Positions 48,063 to 60,578 of a stretch of DNA of 64,000 nucleotides are shown here, one piece after another. This DNA comes from Blepharisma stoltei ATCC 30299 (lineage: Eukaryota; Protista; Ciliophora). Made by a program: the position numbers and the translations under genes. The stretch lies in assembly GCA_965603825.1 (NCBI GenBank), contig CBFDEM010000044.1:248001-312000 (forward strand), given 5' to 3'. Within the stretch, counting starts at the first letter, position 1. Every line of letters starts with the position of its first letter. The notes beneath the pieces are model-generated. The model worked only from the letters and a program-made list of their open reading frames with translations, ran no database searches and had not been told where the DNA came from.

Positions 48063-48662
48063 CTATCTTTTCATTTGTCTTCTCCAAGCAACTAGCAATT
48101 CTTTAAATTCTTTTTTGGTTAGGATATCTTGAGAATTCACACTTTTGAATCTAGCTTTTTTCCATCTGCTTCGGTTCATTTCTTTGATTTCATCAGATTT
48201 AATTTTTGAAATAATTTTTATTTCATCTTCTAAAGCTTCACATTTTCTTTTAGTTTTACTCAAACTCGTCTTTAGCCCATCATTAGTCGCTTTATCAATT
48301 TTTGATAGAACATCATTTATTTTATCCAGCCTCAATTGCTGTATAGGAGACCCTGAAGTTAGTCCAGCTTTAGTAGTACAGGATTTACAGGAAATTTTAA
48401 AGTTAGGTATTGATAAAGATTCTTTCAATGAAGAAATAATTGAACCTTGCCGCATTAATCCAGGTAAAGTATGGAAACTTTCTCTGTCGGTTTTTCTTGC
48501 TTTAAAAAGTGGGGAATTATTTCTTGATGTAGCATCATACATATCTGTGTCACCAAAAACTACAGATGAAGATCGATGCTGAAATAAAGGTAAGGAAAAT
48601 TTTGTCTGAGGATCTTTCTTTTTACCAAAAGGTTTATTAGTTAAGGTTGGCCATATTTTCAT
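48063..48662 (-). CDS. Hypothetical basic protein (199 aa)
   Basis: ATG-TAG ORF with coding-like composition. Confidence 0.6.
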   Translation of the reverse strand: MKIWPTLTNKPFGKKKDPQTKFSLPLFQHRSSSVVFGDTDMYDATSRNNSPLFKARKTDRESFHTLPGLMRQGSIISSLKESLSIPNFKISCKSCTTKAGLTSGSPIQQLRLDKINDVLSKIDKATNDGLKTSLSKTKRKCEALEDEIKIISKIKSDEIKEMNRSRWKKARFKSVNSQDILTKKEFKELLVAWRRQMKR

Positions 48663-48743
48663 ATTTTACTATTTATGCAAAAAAAGTACTTAAGATAGAA
48701 TTCTATATGCATATATAGTGAAAAAAATAAAAATAAGTATCTT

Positions 48744-49490
48744 CTTATTGAAAGCTGCAACTATGAGCTTTCTTCACTGGATTCACTTTCTTAGGAACTG
48801 CTTTGAGCTTTTTCAGTTTCTTCCAGCTCTCCTTTGGAGCTTGCATCATCACTTGAACTATCACTTTGCTCAGTTTATTTTCTCCTGAAGATGCTTTATT
48901 TTGATTTTATTTATTCTCAGCTTTATTATTTTCATTTTTTTGGCCTCTTGGTTTTTTACTTTTAATCATACTTATTGAATTGCTTTATTTTTGATTCTTA
49001 ATTAAAAAACTTTGGAATATAAGCAATTAACAAAATTGGCCTTAGCAATTCCTCTTCTTTCTCCTGCTCACCAATTTCCTCTTTATCCTCCATTTCATCG
49101 AATCTTTTTTAAGAGCTTCTCAATCATGTTTATATTCATCATTATTGACATATTTTATAGAGTTCATTTCAATATCCATATTATATATATCAAATCATAT
49201 GCCAGGATATGGCATTTCAAGCCGAATGAAATGGAAAAGAGGAATTAAACATCAGAATAATGTAATAACCCAAAACCGACTGCAATAAGAGTATCTTTGA
49301 TGCAAAAGGTGTATGAAATGGTCTTCATAATCATAATGTTCTGATTAAAATCTCAGCTGCGCAGCGATCGATTTTCCACATCCCAGTTATTGGGGATTTT
49401 CCATAGGGCTGCATATGAAAATCCGCTGAAAATTCAGTCTTTTCGTGTGCTTTCAATCTATCAATAGGCCATTTTTAGAAGCATATTTAA
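48744..49490 (-). pseudogene. Possible decayed gene
   Basis: Coding-like fragments (WPIDRLKAHEKTEF..., DYEDHFIHLL..., DEMEDKEEIGEQEKEEE, TEQSDSSSDDASSKGELEE) lie in different frames, separated by stops. Confidence 0.35.
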
Positions 49491-49861
49491 ATTTATCATA
49501 TCAGAATTGATGGATGGAAAATATTTATAAATGATTTTAATGAACCTAATCATGGCCTTTTCCTTAGTTTAATCAATAAATAAACCCTTAAATTTTATTG
49601 TAATTTTCAATTATCGATCAAATTAAGTTCTTTCAGGCAGTAAGTAATATATTTTAATAGCTATAAAATCATGATTGATGGCCTACCTCTGGTTCAAGCA
49701 ATCATTATTCATAAAATTTACTGAATAAGATATTTTAAATAAAAAAAGAACTAAAATTTACATTTACAGTCACTAATTTAACATCAGTACTCTCAAGCAT
49801 CTTATTTAGTAAGTATTAACATAATTTTCAAACCAATCAACCAGCTTTTCTTACAAATAAA

Positions 49862-50593
49862 ATGTCAGGCCCAGATCTTCGCAATATCCCAAATGACGTG
49901 CTCTTCAATGAAGTCAAGCGCAGATTTGATTGCTCTTTCAAACCTAAAGGAAAAGTAATCTTGACTGGACCTCCAGGCTCTGGCAAAGGTACTCAAGCTC
50001 CTCAATTAAGCCAAGAGAATTGTTGGTGTCATCTTTCTACTGGCGATCTTCTTAGAGACGAAGTATCAAGAGGTACCGAGCTCGGCAAAAAAGCGAAAGA
50101 AATCATGAATCAAGGCGCCCTTGTATCTGACGATATTGTCATAGGAATGATCAAAAACAAGCTTAAAGAGCCTATCTGCAGCCGTGGTGCCATTTTTGAT
50201 GGGTTCCCAAGAACAGTTCCACAAGCTGAAGCTTTAGACAAAATGCTTGAAGAAGAAGGCAGCAAAATTGATAAAGTCGTTGAGTTTAACATCCCAGACG
50301 AGATTTTGGTAGAAAGAATTACTGGACGAAGAGTTCACCTTGCCAGTGGAAGATCTTACCACGTCAAATTTTCACCTCCAAAGGTGCCTGATGTTGATGA
50401 TATCTCTGGAGAGCCTTTAATCCAAAGGAAAGATGACACTGCAGAAGTTCTCAACAAGAGACTTCAAGCCTATCATTCAACTACAACTCCAATTCTCAAC
50501 TATTATTCTCAGAAAGGACTTTTGGCTACTATTAATGCCAATCAGCCAGTGAAAACTGTATGGGAAGATCTTTTGAGAAACATCAGCCCATAA
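49862..50593 (+). CDS. AK2: Adenylate kinase (AK2-type, long LID)
   Basis: GPPGSGKGTQ, HLSTGDLLR, FDGFPRT, RITGRRVH.ASGRSYH, QRKDD. Confidence 0.96.
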   Translation: MSGPDLRNIPNDVLFNEVKRRFDCSFKPKGKVILTGPPGSGKGTQAPQLSQENCWCHLSTGDLLRDEVSRGTELGKKAKEIMNQGALVSDDIVIGMIKNKLKEPICSRGAIFDGFPRTVPQAEALDKMLEEEGSKIDKVVEFNIPDEILVERITGRRVHLASGRSYHVKFSPPKVPDVDDISGEPLIQRKDDTAEVLNKRLQAYHSTTTPILNYYSQKGLLATINANQPVKTVWEDLLRNISP

Positions 50594-50630
50594 TTAAGTT
50601 CTTAGCCAAAATAAGTGAATTAAATATTAA

Positions 50631-52295
50631 ATGGAAATTCTATCTTTGCAATTAGCGATAAACTCTATAAGTGTTTCACCAGATGCCAAATTACTCATAT
50701 GTGGGGGAAGGGAAATCCTTAAAATTTTTAAACTTGAAAATAAAATAACAGAAGATAGAAGTCTTAGGATAGGAAAGCCAAATCTTAATTATAGCACCCA
50801 AGATTTAGCTTGGCATCCTAGGCAGTCCAATTATATTCTTTCAGCAGCAAAAAATTCATGTATTGTTCTATGGAATTTAGACAAATCTGGGCCAAATAAG
50901 CTTGATTTAATCTTTAAAGGTCACTCTAAGGTTGTGAATCGAGTAAAGTGGCAGCATACTAACTATGACGTCTTTGTGTCAGCCGGACAAGATGGGATGA
51001 TAAAACTATGGGACAAACGAGTTGCTGACCAAGTTATCCTAAATTTACAAGGAAACGCAGAAGGCGCCAGAGATGTCAGCTTTTCGCCGTTTAAAGAAAA
51101 TTTAATAGCAGCAAGTTTTGATAATGGACAAGTCCAGATATGGGATTTAAAGATGCCAAACCCGCTTTGCAAAATCGGTGCCCACAAGAGAAATGCATTA
51201 AGCATTGACTGGCACCCAAATTATGCAGATTTATTAGCATCTGCTGGAAGTGATAAAAACATTAAAGTATGGAATGCTCAGTCTAGTGAGCTTGTATGCA
51301 AGGTGCAAGCACCCGAGCCTGTAGCCAAGGTATCATGGGTTCCACATGAGAATAATCAGATTGCTTCTGCTTCTCATACACTAGATAACAATTTATATAT
51401 TTGGCATTTAAACGAGCCATCTTTGCCACATTTCGTATATCGAGGGCACGCGCATCCCATCAAAGATTTTTTATGGGTCGGGGACTCGATTATTACATGT
51501 AGCGAGGATGGAAACTTAATTAGGAATCCTAGAGAAAACGCTTATAGGCCACACAAGTATTTAGCAAAACATTCATTGGCAGTAAGTCCATTGAATGTGT
51601 TAGCAACTTATTCAGACTCTCAAACACCTAGTAACCCAGATGAATTGCTATCCCAAGCTGATCGATCTTTAATTCATCATACCTCAAAAATGAAAATTTA
51701 TGACTTAGGAGACTATAAAACAGAAATTGAAAATCTCGCAAGCAGCTATCAGCTCAAAGGAAAAAACGTTGAACAATTATGCAAAGAAAACGCTGCAGTG
51801 TCTAGGAAAAAAGCTCCAATTTGAAATTCAGTTGAACACCTATTTAAAAGCAGCTATTCAGTTGATTACCCATGAATCAACACAATTATTCTAAACGCTT
51901 TGCAAGAAACTATTGATTATTATTCAGAAATAGGAGATGTACAAACTGCCGCCTGCTTGTCAGCTGTATTTAATTATAGGGGGCCAGTGAGAGAATATGG
52001 GGATTTGTTAAGGCAGCTGAACTTGCATCATGAAGCCACAAAACTAGATATCCCTCAGCCAAACGTAGAAATTTTTTTACGATGCAAGTGTGGGAAAATT
52101 AGTGAAGACCAGCCTTGCAGTAAATGCAAAGATATTTCTAATTGCGCGGTTTGCAACTTACCTGTGAAAGGTCTTTATTCTTGGTGTCAAGGATGCTGCC
52201 ATGGAGGCCATTTAATGCATTTAAAAAATTGGTTTAGTAGAGAAACATTGTGTCCTGCTGGATGTGGGCATCAATGCTCGTTTGAAAATTTTTAA
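50631..52295 (+). CDS. WDR24: GATOR2/SEACAT subunit WDR24/Sea2-like (WD40 plus C-terminal Zn/RING)
   Basis: WD40 repeats, GDVQTAA, CAVCNLPVKGLYSWCQGCCHGGHL.H...WF....CPAGCGHQC; joined through two TGA. Confidence 0.82.
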
Positions 52296-52456
52296 TAGTG
52301 AATAAGTTAATATACCAGCTAATCTGACTGAGCCATTAGGCTTCGTTTTTATCTATATCTAAATCATATTGGGCAATCCAGTCAAAAATATAATTATTTT
52401 ATCATCTAAAATAAACCCAAATAGCTCAAATCACTTTGTTTCACTATATCTTTAAT

Positions 52457-54070
52457 ATGGAAATGGCGGAATCTCTTTTAGATCTCCATCGCTTCGAGCA
52501 GAGGAAGCAGGAGTTTCAGAATATCCCTGTCTCAGAAGAAATTAAAAAACGGAATGAAAACTATGCAGTAAAATTGAGGAAAAATAAAAGAGACTTGCAT
52601 TCAGCGAAAAGAAGAATCTTAAGCTCTTTTACAGCTCCATATTCTGCAGTGATGAACAGTGATGCAGATTTTTTTGAAATTCCCAAAGAAATTTGTGAGT
52701 TATATCCTGGTGTAAATATTGAGGATTATGATTTTGACCAAAGACTTTTATTTTTAAAGCGTGCCATCAATGAAATTGAAGAAACACGAATTGTTTTATT
52801 AGGATTAGTAGCTTTTAGAAAGCTATCTCAGAAAAGCTCAAACAGTGTCCCAATTTTAGTGAGCCTTGGTTTAGTAGATATCGCTTTAAACTTTATTGAC
52901 ACAAAATATGAAGAACCTTTAAGGGTGGAAGCAAGTTGGATATTGTGTAATATAGCGGCTGGAAGAGAAGATTTTAGCAAATTTCTACTTGAACAGCCAG
53001 CATTAGACAAAATTTTTGGATTGATTGATTTTAACTATTCAGAAACTTCTCTCCACCTTATTTGAACCCTTGCAAACTTATGTTGCAGCATGGTAGCTGC
53101 AGAAAAATTGATAAAAATTGGTGTAATAGATGTTATCTATGAGTTATTGGCAAAACCAAGGAAAATACCCTTGGAATTTAAACAAACTTGCATATGATGC
53201 CTTTGCAACATCACAAAAAAGAGTGAAATCTATGACCCTGACACTGTTGAAAGAATATTAGTATGCATCGGGAATTCACTGATTGAAGAAAATGATAATT
53301 TAATTGCAGACTGTTTTTGGATTTTGGGATGTCTAACTAAAACGGAAAATTCAAATATTCGCTACGTTAGGGATTCAAAATATATATCGCAAGCTATTAA
53401 TGGCTTAAAAAGTGACTCAGACAATGTTGTGCAGGCATGCATGAGGCTGATAGGAAACGTTGCTTCAGGCAGTGTTGAAGATTCTCTGTATTTGCTTAAG
53501 CTAAAAGTACTAGACAGCTTAATATATTTAGCTGAGTCTAAATTGCCTGAACTTCTAAAAGACTTGTATTGAACCTTAAGCAATATTGGAGCCAGTGATG
53601 TATTTCAAGCATCAGAAATAATGAAGCATGAAATCGTACATAAAATTATTGAAGCTTTGCTGCACGAATATCTAGAGGTAAAAAAAGAAGCTGCACATAC
53701 TATATCAAATATGCTATACAAAGGAAGTATGGACATTGTGTTTAGGTTCATGGAACTAGAAATATTCAAAACCATTTCTATAGGTCTAAAAGAAAATGAC
53801 CCGGAATATCTTTTACTTATTTTAGAAATTTCAAAAGAGCTGCTAGTTAGCTGTGAGGAATTTGGAAAAATAAATGAAGCTTTGGAGAGGTTTAGGAGCT
53901 CAGGATGTCTTGAAGCAGCTGAAAAGTTAAGCTCTCATAAAAATCCATATGTGGAAAGAGCTGTTGAAGAGATTCTCAAACGATATTTTGATGCTGAAAA
54001 TATAGTACCATGAGCCTCTGCGATTGGGGGGAATAGAATATCTTCTGATGTTGAAGTGTTTATCATATAA
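52457..54070 (+). CDS. Divergent importin-alpha-like ARM-repeat protein
   Basis: IBB-like KRNENYAVKLRKNKR; EASWILCNIA, I(W)TLAN, I(W)CLCN, Y(W)TLSN: TGA falls on WxxxN motifs. Confidence 0.85.
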
Positions 54071-54276
54071 AAATTAATAGCATACAAGATAAAACTTTCA
54101 TTAAATGCATTAATGAATTGAATAATACCATTATTCTTATTAAAGTTATCTAGTTTTTAAATTTTGGCAATAGGATTATTACATCTGTGTAATGCAGTTA
54201 AGTTATTAATTAGTTTTAAAAAGTCTAATTAAAAGAGCCTGTATTTTCTGAAATAGGGAATAGAAATTTATTAAAT

Positions 54277-55275
54277 ATGAGTGGGTTTTCAAGCTCCAGC
54301 TTCCAGCAGAATAAATTCCAAAATCAAGGCCCTAAAATGAGCATGCCAACCCAAAATCTTTCTAATCAAGGATTTCATAGTGGCGGTGGCAGCTTTAGCT
54401 CGTTCTCAAATCCATCAGGAAATTTTTCTCAAAGGCCAACTGTAGAAATTGATTATGGAGGGCCTAAAGCTCAAACGTTTAACAAATCTTTTCAGCCTGG
54501 ATCATCTTCTAAATCTACAGCTCAATCGCAAGGATTTAATTCTCAAAAAGGATCATCATCAAGCCAAAAATCAACACAGCCAACCCAAGGAGGTTTTATG
54601 TCTTCAGCACCGCAAGGGTCATCACAATTTGCTCCTTCACCGGGAGGATTTGGGGCTTCATCATCTCAGTCATCTTTTCAAGGCTTCAATACAGGCAAAC
54701 CATCTTCCAGCTCTACCTCAACTGGGTTTTCCCAATCTACGACAGCTTCAAAAGGAGCCTTTTCTTCCAACCCAATTTCAGGATCATCATTTCAATCTCA
54801 AGGATCTTTTCAATCATCTCAGCCATTTTCAACCCAAAAATCAGCATTTCCTGCAACTCAAGCTCCAACGCAGGGATTCGGAGCTCCAAAATTACTTGCT
54901 TCTTCAAATCCAGCAAGCCAATCAAGCCAAATATTTTCATCAGGGTTTCAGGCTTCTGTCCCACAAAACAAGTCATCATTTGCTCCACCCCAAACTGGGT
55001 TTGGCGGAGGAGGGCCACCAACTGCATTTCAAGGGTTTAAGCAAGGACCTATAAGTACCCCAAGCACATCTTTGTCCTCAGGGGGGTTTTCTTCTGCTTT
55101 TTCAAGTTCTGGAGGATTTTCTGCACCACAGCCTAGGTCTATGTTTCCTTCGAAAAGTGATACAGGAGTTTACTCAGATACTTTAACTGAAGAAGAAACC
55201 AATGCATTTAAAAGTGATAAATTTGAACTGGGAAAAATTCCTTTAAATCCTCCTACAAAAGAACTGTGCCAATAA
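54277..55275 (+). CDS. FG/FS-repeat nucleoporin, Nup42/CG1-like
   Basis: GF/SF-rich low-complexity body; C-terminal YS..LTEEE.NAFK...FELGKIP..PP.KELC Gle1-binding motif. Confidence 0.75.
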   Translation: MSGFSSSSFQQNKFQNQGPKMSMPTQNLSNQGFHSGGGSFSSFSNPSGNFSQRPTVEIDYGGPKAQTFNKSFQPGSSSKSTAQSQGFNSQKGSSSSQKSTQPTQGGFMSSAPQGSSQFAPSPGGFGASSSQSSFQGFNTGKPSSSSTSTGFSQSTTASKGAFSSNPISGSSFQSQGSFQSSQPFSTQKSAFPATQAPTQGFGAPKLLASSNPASQSSQIFSSGFQASVPQNKSSFAPPQTGFGGGGPPTAFQGFKQGPISTPSTSLSSGGFSSAFSSSGGFSAPQPRSMFPSKSDTGVYSDTLTEEETNAFKSDKFELGKIPLNPPTKELCQ

Positions 55276-55601
55276 AATTACTATTTGATAAATTAATATC
55301 TTTATTATTCCAGTGTTTTCAGTTACTTTTAATCCATTAAATATTCATATAAGATTCAGGAGAAGTAATTTTTGGCAGTTTCAGCTCTTTTTAATAATTT
55401 TGATCAAATTTTAATAGCATGTCTTTAATATAATACAATATTGTAATAAATGATTCAACAAACCTTTAGCTCTATGCTAAAACAAGCTTTATTTTTATGA
55501 TTAATTGCATATAATATCCTCTGCTCAATTTAATATTACATGCATTACGTTAGCTAATGATATCTAAATAAGAGGAGCTAATTAAATGTTACAAATAAAA
55601 A

Positions 55602-57191
55602 ATGAGTAATCCAAGCCATGACATTAAGCACAAGCGATCTTCAAGCTCCATTTCGCACTCACTAAAACACTCTTCAAGTAAAAAAAAATTTTCGTCACCT
55701 GATTCTAATATAAAGAATTCCTCAAATAAGCCTACACGAGAAGAAGAAAAAGCAACGATTCTATCCATGGAGAGGCCTGATTGCCAAGTTTATTATCTGA
55801 TAGAAGCTTCTTGGATAAAAGAATGAGCACATTATATCTCAGGAAGTGAGCCGCCTGGGAAACTCAGAACTAAAAAGCTTTTAGATTCAAATGGCAAACG
55901 AAAAAAGAAGCTAAGTTTAAAAAAAGATTACAGAATGCTCAACAGAGACCAATGATACTTCCTTAAATCTATATATGGAGCTGATCCGTCTGTAAAGAAA
56001 AAGAATAGACCAAAATTAGATGAAAGCAAAGTGATAGAAAAAGAAGAAAGTCATGAAGATTCCCAAAGCACACCTAAATCGTGTCCTTTGAACTTAAAAC
56101 TGCCAGCTGCTTTTCGAACATCCAACGCATCTGAAATTTCATTTATTAAAGAGACACATACAAGGACAGTGTCTGAAATCACTATACAGAAACTAGATCC
56201 TGCAGATGCAGAAATAGCAAACCTAAGTCCTCTTATATCTGCAGAGTCAGGAAAAGATTCTTTAGAATCATTCACAAGAAGCACGATGCATAGCACTCCT
56301 CAAGAAACAAATTCTGACTATGCTTTTGTTAGCCCGTCAGAATACTTAAAAAAAGGCTTAGTAGGGCTCGATAACCCTAAAAATTACTGCTATATGAATG
56401 TTGGGGTCCAGCTGCTGCTATCAATTGTTCCACTGAGGGATTTTTTTTACAAGCAAAAGCTTGATGAATCTGATTTTCCATTCACACACAGCTTCATCAA
56501 TGTTACCACTTCAATTTTCAAAATGGACAGTGGAAGTATCGGCCCACTTTCTTTGTGAAGACTTGTCAACAAATCCTTTCCGCCTGGAAAGCAGCACGAT
56601 TTGCCTGATTTTTTGAGGTTTTATATAGACAAGCTAGACACTGAGCTTACAAAGCCAAATATTTTGACTTCATTTATATTCAATGGTGTCACTGCAAGCA
56701 GGTTGAAATGCAAAAACTGTGGGTATGTCTCAGAAAAATACGAGCCTTTTATAGATCTTCAGGTTGCTTTAGCGCCAACGTTGAGACAGTGCATCCTTCA
56801 ATATGCTGAAGAAGAAACATTGCATTACCGCTGTGAAGAGTGCTCTGAGGACGCAGTTTCCTGCAGGCGATTCATTCTATCAACACCTCCTCGATATTTA
56901 CTGATCCAAATCAAGCGGTTTAAATCTGAGCCAATCCCTATTAAACTAGACACCCCTTGCAAGTTTCATAAAATTTTGGATCTTACAACTTTTTCTGAAA
57001 AGAAAACCGAATATAAGCTGATTGGCATTGCTGTTCATATTGGATCAATGTCTTCTGGGCATTATAAAGCGTTTTGCAAAAGGGGCAGAAACTGGTATTG
57101 CTTTGATGATAGTTTCTGCACAAAGAGCAGCCTGAAAGAAGTTCTTTCACAGCAAGCTTATGTTTTGCTTTATAAATGTATTAGTTTGTAA
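55602..57191 (+). CDS. Ubiquitin-specific protease (DUSP plus USP domains)
   Basis: YYLIEASWIKE(W)...PPG DUSP; Cys box GLDNPKNYCYMN..VQ; QHD; His box HIGSMSSGHY; WYCFDD. Confidence 0.9.
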
Positions 57192-57227
57192 TTATATTTA
57201 AATTAAGAGTGTTTGCAAGTGATTTTG

Positions 57228-58520
57228 TTAATTAAACTTAATGTATTTCTTTAACACCCAGGCTAAAGCTGTTATTAGAATAATGCCAATAATTGTATAT
57301 AGCCAATTCCATCCTTGTTTTGGCTGCTCTTCTAATTTAGCTGCTCGTTTTGCTCTATCTTCTTCACTGCATTTTTCTATACAAAAATTCAATAATTGAT
57401 CATTAAATTTTCCGCCACTAAATGCCATTGAAATTTTGAACCTCTTAATAGACTCCACAGCTGCAATTACTTTTTTATCATTCACATCAAATCCAGCCTC
57501 TTTCAAAGCATTGCCCAGCACTGGGTTTTCCACAGTCAACCTTGAAATTTTGTTCATCTTATAATAAATCGGTTGTACTTCAGCCAGTTCTTTTCTGATA
57601 TTTATTCTTTGATGATATTTATTTCCTTCTTGATAGAACTTCAGCATTTCTTCATATTTTTGCATCATCCTATTAATAACTTTTTGCTCAAACTCCATTT
57701 CATCACTAACTTCTTCAGTCTCTCCTACTCCATGTCTACTCAAAGAAGTCAATATTTCTTTGACCAGGTTCAGCTCTTCTGATTTGCGTTCTCTTATCTT
57801 GGCTTCTACTTTTTCTATCAAATTAGAAAATTTTTCTGATAAATGTGCTGCTGTTTTTGCGTCTTCCAAAGCCAAATTTAATTCATTATCATCTGATGCT
57901 AAATTGTGAAACCTTGCTTGTGATCTTTTCGCATATAAAGAAGCGTTGTCTGGGTCGTATTCTAAAGCTTCAGACAATGCATAAACGGCCTCATTATAAT
58001 GCCGTAGAGGAATCATAGCAGCGCTTAAGTCAAGCAAAATAGTTACCATTGCAGCTTTAGTGATTTTATCTTCGTTTATTTCTTTAGGCTGAGGAGCCAC
58101 CAAATTAATTGCATTGTCAATTATTGTTTTGAATTTCAAGCCTTCTTCGGTTTTAAATTCAAGATATTTAAAAGCGCCATACCCTTTTTCGTAGCATTCT
58201 AATGCTTTTTCATATTCTTTTGTATGGTAAAGTTTATTACCAGCTTTTTTGAAGTCGTCAAGGGCGATGAGCTTTTCCATGAATTCGCATCTTCTGAGGT
58301 TTTTAGAATGGTCAGGCTGGAATAAAGTGTTTTTAAGGTAAAGAGGATATTGAATAAATTGCTTTCTGTTGTCGATTAAATCTGCTGGCTTGCAGTAGTC
58401 AATCAAATTTTGAAAAGGAGAAGTTTGGGTAATGGGATAGCCATCTTCAAATAAGAACTCATCTGGGTCTTGACAGTTTTCAGTGCTTTTTCCTTGTTTA
58501 GCGAGAAATGGGCATGCCAT
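57228..58520 (-). CDS. TPR-repeat tail-anchored membrane protein with N-terminal CPF motif
   Basis: MACPFL start; FKKAGNKLY..KEYEKALECY and ALEYDPDN TPR motifs; C-terminal TM WLYTIIGIILITALAWV-KK. Confidence 0.75.
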   Translation of the reverse strand: MACPFLAKQGKSTENCQDPDEFLFEDGYPITQTSPFQNLIDYCKPADLIDNRKQFIQYPLYLKNTLFQPDHSKNLRRCEFMEKLIALDDFKKAGNKLYHTKEYEKALECYEKGYGAFKYLEFKTEEGLKFKTIIDNAINLVAPQPKEINEDKITKAAMVTILLDLSAAMIPLRHYNEAVYALSEALEYDPDNASLYAKRSQARFHNLASDDNELNLALEDAKTAAHLSEKFSNLIEKVEAKIRERKSEELNLVKEILTSLSRHGVGETEEVSDEMEFEQKVINRMMQKYEEMLKFYQEGNKYHQRINIRKELAEVQPIYYKMNKISRLTVENPVLGNALKEAGFDVNDKKVIAAVESIKRFKISMAFSGGKFNDQLLNFCIEKCSEEDRAKRAAKLEEQPKQGWNWLYTIIGIILITALAWVLKKYIKFN

Positions 58521-58654
58521 ATTAAATATGTTTTTTAGAACAGTAAATAGAATTTTGATAAAAAACATTAAGCTAATAAGTAATTTATTTTAGTATTGTT
58601 TTTAACTATTTAAGCTGCTAACTAAGATTTTAGAGATTTATGATAAATAGCCTT

Positions 58655-60331
58655 TTATTCTTTATGCTTAAGCTCCAATTCTTTCTGCTGGTCAAGTTTC
58701 ATCACGTATTTCATGATTTTCCCTGATATCGTTAATGGGAATGAATCAACTACTTTAATGATTTTCGGGACTTTATATTTAGCGATTTTCCCTCTGCAAA
58801 ACTGAGCTAGGGTTTCGTGAGTAACAGGGGCTTTGTCTGGCTTCATTTTGATCCACGCGCACACTTGCTCTCCGAATCTCTCATCAGGAATTCCAAAGAC
58901 AGCCACATCTTCAATGTCTGGGTGGGTTTGCAAGAAGTTCTCGACTTCAGCTGGATAAATATTTTCACCTCCCCATATAATCAGATCTTTGCTTCTTCCG
59001 ACAATTTTCACATACCCATCCTCGTCCATGGATGATAGATCTCCTGTATGCATCCATCCGTCAGCGTCGATAGCTTCATTTGTAGCTTTTTGGTCTCCCC
59101 AGTAGTATTTCATGACAAAATAGCCTCTTGTGCACAATTCACCAATTTCTCCTCTTTCGACAGTTTGCCCGTTACGGTCAATAATTTTTGCTTCACCATG
59201 TGGGTGGACTACTCCTACTGTTGAAATTCTTTTTTCGAAATCTGCTTCTGGATGCAGCTGGAAAGAAACTGGACTGGTTTCAGTCATTCCGTAACAGTTC
59301 GTGACGTGTGGGAGGTGCAACTGGTCAACCATTTTCTTCATCAGCTCCGGAGTGCAGACTGACCCTGCAACAACACCAGTTCTCAATGAGTCAATATTCC
59401 TCTTCTTCCTTTGTTGCTCTCTCAAATAGGCGATGTACATGGTTGGGACGCCATAAATTGAAGTGCATTTTTCGTTTTCGACAGTATCCATGGTTGCAAC
59501 TGGGTTGAATCCTGCATCAGGATATATCATAGTAGACCCGTGAGAAATGCAAGCTAGGTTTCCAGCAATCATTCCAAGACAATGATAAACTGGCACTGGA
59601 ATGCAGACCCTGTCGTGGTGAGTGTACTTCAAGATTTCTCCACAATAAAAGCCATTGTTTATCGCATTATGATGAGATAAAGTTGCTGCTTTAGGCTTTC
59701 CAGTAGTTCCAGAGGTAAACTGGATATTGTAAGGATCTTCAAAATTGATATTTTGAGTTCTAGTTATATATTCGTCACTTTTAAGGTTCATGAGTTCTTC
59801 AAGCCTCATCATACCTTTATGGTGCTTATTGTCAGTCAAAATGACCCGTCTTAAGTGAGGCAATCTGGCTGAATTGAGTTCTCCTATTTTTGAGTCCTGG
59901 ATTTCAGGGGCAAGCTTTTCAATCATCCCAATGTAGTTGTCATGCCTATTATGGGATGGCATGATTAGAGTGTCTACTTGAACTTTGTTCAATGAGTATT
60001 CAAGTTCCGTTTCTTGGGAAGCAGGGTTGACATTTACCAGAATTAAGTCAGCCATTGCTGCTGCGCATTGAGTCAGAGTCCAGTCTTTGCAGTTTGGAGC
60101 AAAAATTCCTACTCTTGTTTGCTTTGGGAGGCCAAGGGCAACAAGACCTTCTGCCATGGCTTCTGATCGTTCGAGCAGTTCTTTATAACTCCACCTAGTC
60201 TTTTCGGCAACATTTACGATGGCATCAACCTTAGGGTGCTTGTGAGCTGTTTCCCTCAGCATCGCTCCTACAGTTTTCCCTAATAAGCCTTTGCCACCGG
60301 CAGAGACATAGCTCAAATGCTTGGCCCTCAT
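58655..60331 (-). CDS. AMP-forming acyl-CoA synthetase (ACSF2-like)
   Basis: NIQFTSGTTGKPK, YGMTETSP, GELCTRGY.VM, GWMHTGD, GRSKDLII.GGENIYP.EVE, SGKI.K. Confidence 0.93.
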   Translation of the reverse strand: MRAKHLSYVSAGGKGLLGKTVGAMLRETAHKHPKVDAIVNVAEKTRWSYKELLERSEAMAEGLVALGLPKQTRVGIFAPNCKDWTLTQCAAAMADLILVNVNPASQETELEYSLNKVQVDTLIMPSHNRHDNYIGMIEKLAPEIQDSKIGELNSARLPHLRRVILTDNKHHKGMMRLEELMNLKSDEYITRTQNINFEDPYNIQFTSGTTGKPKAATLSHHNAINNGFYCGEILKYTHHDRVCIPVPVYHCLGMIAGNLACISHGSTMIYPDAGFNPVATMDTVENEKCTSIYGVPTMYIAYLREQQRKKRNIDSLRTGVVAGSVCTPELMKKMVDQLHLPHVTNCYGMTETSPVSFQLHPEADFEKRISTVGVVHPHGEAKIIDRNGQTVERGEIGELCTRGYFVMKYYWGDQKATNEAIDADGWMHTGDLSSMDEDGYVKIVGRSKDLIIWGGENIYPAEVENFLQTHPDIEDVAVFGIPDERFGEQVCAWIKMKPDKAPVTHETLAQFCRGKIAKYKVPKIIKVVDSFPLTISGKIMKYVMKLDQQKELELKHKE

Positions 60332-60578
60332 ACTTTTACTTAACTATTAATAAACGGCTAAAAAAGTGATACTATATAAAATTTCACCTAATATGAGTAT
60401 TTTAGCATTATTAGCTTAATGCATAGCAAAAAACTAGCAACATTTATTTAAATAGCAACTAATTATTTGAATGTCTACCCTAGGTATCGTTCAATAATTT
60501 CTGTAATTTCCCATTTCATTAATTCCCGAAAATTTATGATTTATTCTCATCTATTTTCAATTCATATAATTGTAAAAT

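Noticed and set aside
49671-49706. ATGATTG...CAATCAT inverted repeat (similar short stems near 2067-2095 and 27891-27928)
   Set aside because: 6-7-bp AT-rich stems are expected by chance at this base composition.
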